A DNA stretch of 64,000 bases from an uncultured Candidatus Saccharibacteria bacterium (GTDB taxonomy: Bacteria > Patescibacteriota > Minisyncoccia > UBA6257 > 2-01-FULL-56-20): positions 573,710 to 637,709 of the forward strand of contig OZ246418.1 in NCBI GenBank assembly GCA_965231155.1. Reading direction: 5' to 3'. Below, one piece after another: positions 47,692 through 55,487 of the stretch. Every line of letters begins with the position of its first letter. The stretch's first letter is position 1. Both the position numbers and the translations under genes were made by a program. The notes below the pieces were generated by a model, which saw nothing but the letters and a program-made list of their open reading frames with translations, searched no databases and was not told the DNA's origin.

Positions 47692-48123
47692 ATGCTCCTC
47701 GGCGAATACAAACACAATGTTGATCCAAAAGGTCGAGTGGCTATACCAGCTAAATTTCGAGAGAAATTGGCGACTGGAGCCATTGTGACGCGTGGTTTGG
47801 ACAATTGTTTGTTTTTGTTTGCAGAGACGGAGTGGAAGGCATTAGCTGAGAAGTTAGTGGCCTTGCCACTAGCTCAGGCAAATTCAAGGGCTTTTGTGCG
47901 ATTGATGTTGTCTGGAGCGATGGATGTGGAGTTTGATGCCCAGGGAAGAATTCTTATCCCTGACTATTTAAGGAAGTATGCGGGGTTAGGAAAAGAAGTG
48001 GTTGTGGCTGGTCTTTATAACCGTATCGAAGTTTGGGACGCTGCCACCTGGGAGCGTTATAAGCAAAAGACTGAAGGAGCGTCGGAGGAGATCGCCGAGA
48101 AGTTGGGTGAGCTAGGGATATAG
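47692..48123 (+). CDS. mraZ: Transcriptional regulator MraZ
   Basis: Duplicated SpoVT/AbrB-like halves with a DxxxR motif. N-terminus MLLGEYKHNVDPKGRVAIPAKFR; 143 aa. Confidence 0.9.
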   Translation: MLLGEYKHNVDPKGRVAIPAKFREKLATGAIVTRGLDNCLFLFAETEWKALAEKLVALPLAQANSRAFVRLMLSGAMDVEFDAQGRILIPDYLRKYAGLGKEVVVAGLYNRIEVWDAATWERYKQKTEGASEEIAEKLGELGI

Positions 48124-48124
48124 T

Positions 48125-49015
48125 ATGCACGTCCCTGTTCTTTTAAAAGAAGTTCTTGAGCATCTTGATCCTCAACCTCATGAGTTTGTGATTGATGGCA
48201 CTGCTGATGGTGGCGGTCATTCCGAAGCGATTCTGGAACGATTGGCAGGCACCGGAAAGTTATTAGCTATCGACTGGGATGAAGAGATTCTCAGAGAGTG
48301 CAAGAAACGCATCGGCCGTTCAAAAAATACATTTTTTGTTGCTGCCAATTACACGGAAATTTCTTCTGTTCTTCTTCGAAAAAAATTTCCTAAGGCCGAC
48401 GTGTTATTGCTCGATCTGGGTTTTTCTTCCTCCCAAGTGGATGACCTCGAAAGGGGTTTCAGCTTTCGGGAGGAGAAGGGGGATGAGCCACTCTTGATGA
48501 CCTATAGCGACCAAGAAGTTCCTGTAAGTGATTTGCTTCAGGATATTTCTGAAGAAGAGCTCGCAGGAATCATTCGGGAGTTCGGTGGTGAACGATTTGC
48601 GGGTCGAGTGGCGCGAGTGATTAAGGAGAGGACGAGAAAGGGCAGAATAGAGACGAGTGGTGAGTTGGCACAAATCGTTCGAGAGGTTCTGCCGAGGCAC
48701 TACGAACGGGGGAGGATTGATCCGGCGACGAGAACATTCCAGGCCCTGCGGATCTATGCCAACCACGAACTAGAAAATCTCGCCTCAGTACTGAACGATC
48801 TTCCTTTAATTATGAATGCCGGGGGTCGGGTGGGAATCATCACGTTCCACTCTCTCGAGGACAGGATGGTGAAACAGAGTTTCCGGAAGTTAGAAAAGGA
48901 AGATGGGGGATGGGAAATTATTACAAAAAAACCAATTCCTGCCAGTCGTGAAGAAATTTTAAATAATGCACGGAGTCGTTCAGCAAAATTACGAGTTATA
49001 AAACGATTAGCATAG
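48125..49015 (+). CDS. rsmH: 16S rRNA (cytosine1402-N4)-methyltransferase
   Basis: MHVPVLLKEVLEHL...VIDGTADGGGHS SAM-binding N-terminus; 296 aa. Confidence 0.9.
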   Translation: MHVPVLLKEVLEHLDPQPHEFVIDGTADGGGHSEAILERLAGTGKLLAIDWDEEILRECKKRIGRSKNTFFVAANYTEISSVLLRKKFPKADVLLLDLGFSSSQVDDLERGFSFREEKGDEPLLMTYSDQEVPVSDLLQDISEEELAGIIREFGGERFAGRVARVIKERTRKGRIETSGELAQIVREVLPRHYERGRIDPATRTFQALRIYANHELENLASVLNDLPLIMNAGGRVGIITFHSLEDRMVKQSFRKLEKEDGGWEIITKKPIPASREEILNNARSRSAKLRVIKRLA

Positions 49016-49018
49016 TTC

Positions 49019-49333
49019 ATGACATACATTCAACCAAAAAACTCAGATCTTCTTTTCCGCATGATAATCGCGGTGTTAATGTCCACAGTTGTGATCACGG
49101 CTTTTTATCTTATTATTGTATATAGTCGCACAGTGAACTTGGCGAATGAAACTCATTCTCAGAAAATTGCCTTGAGAGCAATTATGACAGAAAGTTCTGA
49201 GTTAAAGAGTCAGATATTCAATCAGGTGACAGATTCGTTTTTGCGATCTCGAGCTGGAGAACTTGGTCTCGTTGAAGATAAAAACCCAACATATTTCGAA
49301 CTTCAGAAGCAATGGTTATTCGCTTCTCAATAA
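49019..49333 (+). CDS. ftsL: FtsL-like cell division protein
   Basis: 104 aa with a single TM helix (MIIAVLMSTVVITAFYLIIV) plus a coiled coil. It lies between rsmH and ftsI. Confidence 0.5.
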   Translation: MTYIQPKNSDLLFRMIIAVLMSTVVITAFYLIIVYSRTVNLANETHSQKIALRAIMTESSELKSQIFNQVTDSFLRSRAGELGLVEDKNPTYFELQKQWLFASQ

Positions 49334-50949
49334 TCTTTGCCATCATTTTTTGCGCGTACGCGTTCCTTATTTTCCGTCTTTATGATTTGCAGGTAGTCCA
49401 AGGGACTAACTATGTGGCTCGTGCCGATTCTCAGTCAACGGGAGTCAACTGGCAGGTGGCCGAAAGAGGTACTATTTTTCTCACTGATCGCAACGATAAC
49501 CACCTGCCGATTGCTACGGTAAAGGGGGTTTCCTTTGTATACGCCGTACCTAAAGCGATGGAAGACATTCCAGAAGCTGCCAATCAGCTTGCTCCCATAC
49601 TCCAGAGAACGCCAACCGAACTTACGGAACTTTTTCAAGCCAAGAAAAGTTATGTCGTACTTGATAGAAACCCTTCGGATGTTTTAGTTGATCAAGTTCG
49701 GGATCTGAATATGAAGGGTGTCTATGTGAGTGTAAAGCCAACCCGTTTTTATCCATTCGGAACTCTGGCAGCCCATCTCATCGGTTTTGTCGGTCCCGAT
49801 AGTGAAGGTATTGGAGAAAGTGGACGTTATGGAGTCGAGAAGTTCTTTGACAAAAGCCTAAAGGGTGAAGTTAATCCGGAAACAGCTACTGCTCAGGGGG
49901 AGGATTTGTATTTAACAATTGATCCTAATATTCAGAAAGAACTAGAGAGAGTTCTTTCTGAAACGGTTCAGAGCTTCGAGGCACATGGTGGACTTGCTAT
50001 TGTTCAGGATCCTCGGACCGGCCAGATTTTGGCTTTAGCTGGTCAACCGACTTTTAATCCAAACTCATACAAGGAAAGCGAACTATCTACCTTTCTTAAT
50101 CCGGCCACTCAGAAACTCTACGAGCCGGGTTCTATTTTTAAAGTATTCACCATGGCTGCGGGTATCGACACTGGAAAAATTACACCGAATACCACCTATA
50201 TCGACACTGGAAAAATTACCTTGAATGGGAGAACGATCACTAACGCTGATTATAAGACGCATGGACCATATGGTCGGACGACTATGACTAATGTGATTGA
50301 ACACTCACTCAACATGGGAGCGGTTTTTGCGGAGAGAACTATTGGACATAAGATTTTTACGGAATATATGAAGAAGTTTGAGCTAGGAGGGAAGACAGGT
50401 ATTGATCTGCCCGGAGAAGTTTCTGGTAATTTAAATCGTTTAAACCCGAAAGAACCTGATGTTGCGTTCGCGACAGCTGCCTACGGACAAGGAGTGGCCG
50501 TGACACCGCTTAGTCTCTTGAATGCCGTGGCGGCGATTGCCAATCATGGAGTGATGATGAAACCATATGTGAATGCTCGAGGGACTTCTACTGTGGTCAC
50601 GCGAGTTATTTCCCAGGAGACTGCTAAAAAGGTAACAGAGATGATGGTTTCTGCGGTTCGAGTGAATAAAATTGCCCATATTCCTGGTTATTCTATCGCT
50701 GCAAAAACTGGCACTGCCTATGTTCCTGACTTTTCTCATGGGGGATATACTGCTGATGTCTTTAACACTTATATCGGTTATGCTCCAGCTTACGATCCTC
50801 GTTTTGTTATGCTTTTTCAGCTTGAAAAGCCAAAAGGGGCGCCACTAGCGGGTACGAGTGTCGTGCCAGCTTTTCGAGAGATGGCAAAGTTTTTGATTAA
50901 CTACTATGAAATTCCTCCTGATGTTCCTGGCGAAGCTAATAAATTGTGA
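49312..50949 (+). CDS. ftsI: Penicillin-binding protein 2/3 transpeptidase (FtsI-like)
   Basis: N-terminal TM anchor, then the SxxK (SIFKVF), SxN (SLN) and KTG (KTGTA) motifs. Confidence 0.85.
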   Translation: MVIRFSIIFAIIFCAYAFLIFRLYDLQVVQGTNYVARADSQSTGVNWQVAERGTIFLTDRNDNHLPIATVKGVSFVYAVPKAMEDIPEAANQLAPILQRTPTELTELFQAKKSYVVLDRNPSDVLVDQVRDLNMKGVYVSVKPTRFYPFGTLAAHLIGFVGPDSEGIGESGRYGVEKFFDKSLKGEVNPETATAQGEDLYLTIDPNIQKELERVLSETVQSFEAHGGLAIVQDPRTGQILALAGQPTFNPNSYKESELSTFLNPATQKLYEPGSIFKVFTMAAGIDTGKITPNTTYIDTGKITLNGRTITNADYKTHGPYGRTTMTNVIEHSLNMGAVFAERTIGHKIFTEYMKKFELGGKTGIDLPGEVSGNLNRLNPKEPDVAFATAAYGQGVAVTPLSLLNAVAAIANHGVMMKPYVNARGTSTVVTRVISQETAKKVTEMMVSAVRVNKIAHIPGYSIAAKTGTAYVPDFSHGGYTADVFNTYIGYAPAYDPRFVMLFQLEKPKGAPLAGTSVVPAFREMAKFLINYYEIPPDVPGEANKL

Positions 50950-52181
50950 TTATGAAACCTCATATTAAAAGAATTGTTCAGTTGATCTTAAAGTATCTTG
51001 CAAAGATTACTTTGTGGAAGTATCGTCCGGGGATTATCGGAGTTACTGGGAGTGCTGGAAAAACTTCTACCAAAATAGCGATTGCAGCGATCCTTTCCCA
51101 TGAGCGAACCGTGCGTTTTACTCCTCAAAATTTTAATAATCAATTTGGTTTACCACTCGCTATCTTTGGCGAGGAGAAGAGTGAGGGTGGTGGTTGGTTT
51201 TGGGTTAAAGTGATTGGTCGGGCAATCCTTAACATTCTTCGTCGCGCTGAGTATCCAGAAATACTTGTCTTGGAGTATGGTGTCGATCGCCCTCATGATA
51301 TGCGTTATCTTTTAAGTATTGCGCGTCCCAATGTTGCAGTGATTACTGCCATTGGAGAAGTGCCTGCTCACGTTGAGTTTTTTTCCGGACCACAGGAAGT
51401 AGCTCGAGAGAAGGCTCGTTTAATCGAACAACTTCCGGCTGGGGGATTTGCAGTTCTCAATCAGGATAGCGAGGTGGTGATGGACCTGAAAGACCGAACT
51501 CGAGCACATCGTGTTACTTTTGGTTTCAGTCGAGATGCCGAGGTGCAGATTTCGAATTTCACTACTCGATTAGAGAATGGTTATCCAGTTGGTATTAGTT
51601 TCAAATTAGAATATGCCGGCAGTTTTGTGCCAGTGCGACTAGATGGTGTTTTTGGGAGGGCTCAGGCATATACTGCCGCCGCTGCAGCTTCAGTTGGTTT
51701 GATTTTCGGTTTAAACTTGGTTACTATTTCCGAAGCTTTGAAGAACTACCATCCACCAAAACATCGTTTTCAACTCTTTCTAGGCCCTGATGATTCCGTG
51801 TTAATCGATGATGCATACAATGCCAGCCCTCTTTCTGTACATGCTGCCTTAGACACGGTGAAAGACATTCCAAGTAAGAGGAAAATTGCTATTCTTGGAG
51901 ATATGAAAGAGCTTGGTGGTTTTAGTGAAACAGCTCACAGGGATATTGGAAGGATCACGAAGGGTATAGTGAATATCTTAATCACGGTTGGTCCCGAAGC
52001 TCGACTGATTGGAGAAGGCGCTTTAGAAGTGGGTTTTGTGAAGAAGAATATTCACCATTTTTCTTCGGTTGAGGAGGTTCTTCAGTTCTTGCCAGAGTTG
52101 ATTAAGAAGGGGGACTTGGTTTTAGTGAAGGGTTCTCAGTCGGTTGGTTTGGAAAAAGTTATTCAGGGTTTGAAGGTGTAG
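50946..52181 (+). CDS. murF: UDP-MurNAc-tripeptide--D-Ala-D-Ala ligase (Mur ligase family)
   Basis: P-loop GVTGSAGKTSTK and the Mur ligase middle and C-terminal domains; 411 aa. murF is preferred by its dcw-cluster position after ftsI, but assignment to a specific Mur ligase is tentative. Confidence 0.7.
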   Translation: MIMKPHIKRIVQLILKYLAKITLWKYRPGIIGVTGSAGKTSTKIAIAAILSHERTVRFTPQNFNNQFGLPLAIFGEEKSEGGGWFWVKVIGRAILNILRRAEYPEILVLEYGVDRPHDMRYLLSIARPNVAVITAIGEVPAHVEFFSGPQEVAREKARLIEQLPAGGFAVLNQDSEVVMDLKDRTRAHRVTFGFSRDAEVQISNFTTRLENGYPVGISFKLEYAGSFVPVRLDGVFGRAQAYTAAAAASVGLIFGLNLVTISEALKNYHPPKHRFQLFLGPDDSVLIDDAYNASPLSVHAALDTVKDIPSKRKIAILGDMKELGGFSETAHRDIGRITKGIVNILITVGPEARLIGEGALEVGFVKKNIHHFSSVEEVLQFLPELIKKGDLVLVKGSQSVGLEKVIQGLKV

Positions 52182-52209
52182 TTCGTTTGTTGTGTTATAT
52201 AGAGCGTAT

Positions 52210-52281
52210 GGCCTCATCGTCTAATGGCTAGGACGGTACCCTCTCACGGTACAAATAGGGGTTCGATTCCCCTTGGGGCTA
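52210..52281 (+). tRNA. tRNA-Glu (anticodon CTC)
   Basis: GGCCTCA...GTACC-CTCTCAC-GGTAC...AGGGGTTCGATTCCCCT-TGGGGCT-A. There is no encoded CCA. Confidence 0.8.
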
Positions 52282-52532
52282 CAAAATAAGAAAGGACCGG
52301 CATTGTGTCGGTTTTTTCTTATTTTGTAATTCGTATGGGAATCGAACTGAAAGGAGGGGTCGGGAGGAAAGGTATTCCTCCCGTGGAGGAGATTATTTAG
52401 AACCGTGGGTTCTGAAAGCGCAGTCCCGATCATTCGGGACGAGCAGTGAGATCTCCCCTTGGGGCTACAAATATGTAGGGAGTTGGGAATATTTTTTGTT
52501 TCTCAAACTCTTCTCAGTGTATACTTAGCTAT

Positions 52533-53255
52533 ATGAAAAAACTCGTTGTTGCGAACTGGAAGATGAACCCTGCCTCTTTGAATGAGGTGGCAAAGTTAAT
52601 TTCCGGGCTGAATAAGATTCAAGTTGAAAAAAATGTTGAGGTAGTTATTTGTCCTTCCTTTGTGCATCTTCCATTGATTAAGTCTCAGTTTTCATTAGGG
52701 GCTCAGGATGTATTCGTTGGTGAGGTAGGAGCTTTCACTGGGGAAGTTTCTCCGCTGATGCTAAAAAAACTAGGAGTGCGATATGTGATTATCGGTCACT
52801 CGGAACGAAGAATGAATCTGGGGGAGTCGGACGAGCTGATCGCTCGGAAGATCGAGAGCGCGTTGCGCAATAATCTCCAGCCTATTCTCTGCGTGGGAGA
52901 GTCGGGGGGTATTCGCAATAAGGGATTTGTGATGAGTAAGAATTTTGTCCTGCAACAACTGAAGAAAGATTTGTCTTTGGTACAATCTGAACAATGGAAG
53001 AAAGTGATCGTGGCTTACGAACCGATCTGGGCGATTAGCACAATGCCAGGAGCGAAAGCTGATAGTCCAGAAGAAGCAGTGAAAATGATTTCTGAGATTA
53101 AGAAGATAACGAATGGAAAAGTGCTCTACGGCGGGTCAGTCAATGCGAAGAATTCCCGAGACTTTCTTAGTTGTGCAGAAATTGATGGGGCATTGGTTGG
53201 AGGTGCGAGTTTGAATCCAGGAGATTTCAAAAAGATTGTTGAGTCTGTCGGTTAG
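52533..53255 (+). CDS. tpiA: Triosephosphate isomerase
   Basis: VVANWKMN, GHSERR and a C-terminal GGASL motif; 240 aa. Confidence 0.9.
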   Translation: MKKLVVANWKMNPASLNEVAKLISGLNKIQVEKNVEVVICPSFVHLPLIKSQFSLGAQDVFVGEVGAFTGEVSPLMLKKLGVRYVIIGHSERRMNLGESDELIARKIESALRNNLQPILCVGESGGIRNKGFVMSKNFVLQQLKKDLSLVQSEQWKKVIVAYEPIWAISTMPGAKADSPEEAVKMISEIKKITNGKVLYGGSVNAKNSRDFLSCAEIDGALVGGASLNPGDFKKIVESVG

Positions 53256-53409
53256 TCGAGCGTTTTCTTTTGAAGAACTTTATGAGTTTTCGATTGCTAC
53301 CGCTCGAACCTTTTTCTTCTCTGGAACCTTGCGCAAGCCGACGGGCTGAGCAGAGCGAAAATTAAGTAAGAATTTTACGCGAGTTCCAGAAAGGAAAAGC
53401 GAGAATTCT

Positions 53410-53445
53410 TGACTTTTTTAAAATACTCTGATATATTATTTGGGA
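53410..53445 (+). promoter_or_regulatory. Sigma70-like promoter (TTGACT-17-TATATT) in the tpiA-murB spacer
   Basis: ttgacttttttaaaatactctgatatatt. A terminator hairpin lies ~45 nt downstream. Confidence 0.4.
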
Positions 53446-53488
53446 ATGAGTGCTATGCCGCAAGGCGTTCCACTTAATTTGTGCAATA

Positions 53489-53515
53489 AGCCCCGCGAAA
53501 GCGGGGTTTATTGTT
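53489..53515 (+). terminator. Terminator hairpin ccccgcgaaagcgggg, copy 1
   Basis: Perfect 6-bp GC stem with a GAAA tetraloop, followed by TTTATTGTT. Confidence 0.5.
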
Positions 53516-53670
53516 ATGGAGTAATCCTTTTGCTACTATATTGGAAGATAGCCTCTTTACGTGGCTACGAGGAGAGCACTCATTCAATTACAAATTGGAG
53601 GTCACCACTCGTAGCCGCGTAAGGAGTCGTTATTATTTCGAGAAAGGTAGCGTGATGCGAAATTTTTATT

Positions 53671-54618
53671 ATGATCTCAGAAAATAAGTCCAGCGTCGAA
53701 GACGATATTCCTTTTAGTCATCTTGGTAGCTATAAGCTTGGTGGTCTGATCAAGCATTTTACTGCTCCTCAGTCAGAAGAAGCATTACGAGATGTTCTTT
53801 CTTTGGCACGGGAAAAATCTTGGCCGATTTTTATCCTAGGGGGTGGTACGAACTTGCTGGTCAGTGATCAGGGATTTGATGGGCTTATGATTAAGCCAGC
53901 CATCTCTTTCATTGAGAAAAATGGAAATGATGTTCGTGTTGGTGCGGGGGTGTCTGTTGCTGAACTATTAAATTTTGTTATTAGTCATGATCTTGGTGGA
54001 TTGGAATGGGCTGGCGGACTACCTGGCAGTGTGGGCGGAGGAGTACGTGGAAACGCGGGTTGTTTTGGTGGCGAGATGAAAGATGGAATTAAAAATGTCG
54101 AGAGTTTGGATGTACTGACTGGTGAGAAGAAAATAAGGAATCGAGAAGAGTGTGAATTTTCGTATCGTTCAAGTATTTTTAAAGAGAAGTTAAATAATAA
54201 GGAAATTATTACTGCGGCAACCTTTTCTTTTTTTCCGAAATCGGGAACGCTTATTAAAGAGATTGCTGATGATCATATTCGTTATCGTACAGAACGACAG
54301 CCATTAGAATATCCAAACATTGGAAGTATTTTTAAAAATGTTGATGCTCGAGAAATGTCTGAAGAGAGTTTGATGCCTTTTGCTCATGTGTTAAAGCAGG
54401 ACCCTTTCCCTGTTATTCCCACCGCTTATCTTATCTCTGAAGCTGGGCTAAAGGGTGTGACATATGGTGGAGCGACGATCTCTCCGAAACATCCGAATTT
54501 TATAGTGAATTTAGGTGGAGCTAAGGCGTCTGATGTGATTCATCTTATTGAACTTGCGCAGTCTGAGGTGAAGAAAAAATTTAATATCGAGATTGAGCCA
54601 GAAGTAATTCGAGTTTAG
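53671..54618 (+). CDS. murB: UDP-N-acetylenolpyruvoylglucosamine reductase
   Basis: FAD-binding GGGTNLLVSD and a MurB C-terminal domain; 315 aa. Confidence 0.85.
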   Translation: MISENKSSVEDDIPFSHLGSYKLGGLIKHFTAPQSEEALRDVLSLAREKSWPIFILGGGTNLLVSDQGFDGLMIKPAISFIEKNGNDVRVGAGVSVAELLNFVISHDLGGLEWAGGLPGSVGGGVRGNAGCFGGEMKDGIKNVESLDVLTGEKKIRNREECEFSYRSSIFKEKLNNKEIITAATFSFFPKSGTLIKEIADDHIRYRTERQPLEYPNIGSIFKNVDAREMSEESLMPFAHVLKQDPFPVIPTAYLISEAGLKGVTYGGATISPKHPNFIVNLGGAKASDVIHLIELAQSEVKKKFNIEIEPEVIRV

Positions 54619-54642
54619 TTTTTCTTTGAACTCTTTTTTATA

Positions 54643-54676
54643 AAAATAATCTCCACAATGGAGATTATTTTTTTAT
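54643..54676 (+). terminator. Rho-independent terminator after murB
   Basis: Stem aataatctcc / ggagattatt followed by a T7 run. Confidence 0.6.
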
Positions 54677-54910
54677 TGTGTAAAGTTTTTTCGTAAAATC
54701 TTACGAAAGAAATTATTTTTTTGTTTGAATAAATAAGATTTGATGAATCTTTTTCAGAAAAAAATATAAAAGTGAAGTTATCCACAGATTTTTTTAAAAA
54801 ATGAAAATCCTATTTGCTATACTTATCTTGTAATTGAGAAAGCAACAAAATTTTCATAAGAAATTTTGGAAAGGTCGAAGAAGAACAGAAGAAATTTTAT
54901 AAACAAACAT

Positions 54911-54991
54911 ATGGCAGCAAAGAAAAAGGCTCCAGCAAAGAAGAAGGCCGCTCCAAAAAAGAAGGCCGCTGGAAAGAAAAAGAGAATTTAG
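54911..54991 (+). CDS. 26-aa Lys/Ala-rich micro-ORF (MAAKKKAPAKKKAAPKKKAAGKKKRI)
   Basis: ATG to TAG, with the terminator hairpin (copy 2) beginning 12 nt after the stop. It lies below the ORF-track cutoff. Coding status is unproven. Confidence 0.35.
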   Translation: MAAKKKAPAKKKAAPKKKAAGKKKRI

Positions 54992-55000
54992 TTTCTCTTA

Positions 55001-55026
55001 AACCCCGCGAAAGCGGGGTTTTTTGT
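55001..55026 (+). terminator. Terminator hairpin ccccgcgaaagcgggg, copy 2
   Basis: The same 16-nt hairpin as at 53491, followed by a T7 run. Confidence 0.55.
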
Positions 55027-55143
55027 TTGTGTGGTCGTGCTTGTCTATTTTTAAATAAGTGTTCAAATATTTTTTTTTGCCTATTTTTTGAGAAGCTATA
55101 TAATGGTAGCGACAGTAAAAAGTCTTTAATCTCATATAAATCT

Positions 55144-55482
55144 ATGAAAATAAGTATTTTAGGGACAGATTTGGATGTTACTCCTAGCCTCAAGACTTAT
55201 ACCGAAGAGAAGTTCGGGGCACTTGCGAAACTTGTGAAACATTATGATGAGGAGGGGGTGGCTGAGTTGAAGGTGGATCTCGCTCGAAGCACTAATCATC
55301 ACAAGAAGGGCCTTGTATTCCGAGTTGATGCGAATCTTCGTTTGCCAGGAAAAATGTTACGTGGTGATGATGAAAATACTGATATCCGGGCGGCGATTGA
55401 TGTGGTGGAAGAAAAACTTCGGAGAGAGATAGAAAAATATAAAACGCAACACGAAGTGAAGCGTGGTGAACGAGAGAAGTAG
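55144..55482 (+). CDS. hpf: Ribosome hibernation promoting factor (RaiA/HPF family, short form)
   Basis: The start is moved to the internal ATG. MKISILGTDLDVTPSLKTYTEEKF...KGLVFRVDANLRLPG...AAIDVVEEKLRREIEKYK matches the HPF beta-alpha-beta-beta-beta-alpha pattern; 112 aa. Confidence 0.75.
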   Translation: MKISILGTDLDVTPSLKTYTEEKFGALAKLVKHYDEEGVAELKVDLARSTNHHKKGLVFRVDANLRLPGKMLRGDDENTDIRAAIDVVEEKLRREIEKYKTQHEVKRGEREK

Positions 55483-55487
55483 ACTGC

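Noticed and set aside
53440-53622. 60-aa plus-strand ORF in the tpiA-murB spacer
   Set aside because: It runs straight through a strong intrinsic terminator hairpin. The region is more likely non-coding RNA or regulatory.
54897-55193. Minus-strand 98-aa ORF over the micro-ORF and hpf start
   Set aside because: It is antisense to two better-supported features and spans two terminator hairpins, with a low-complexity translation.
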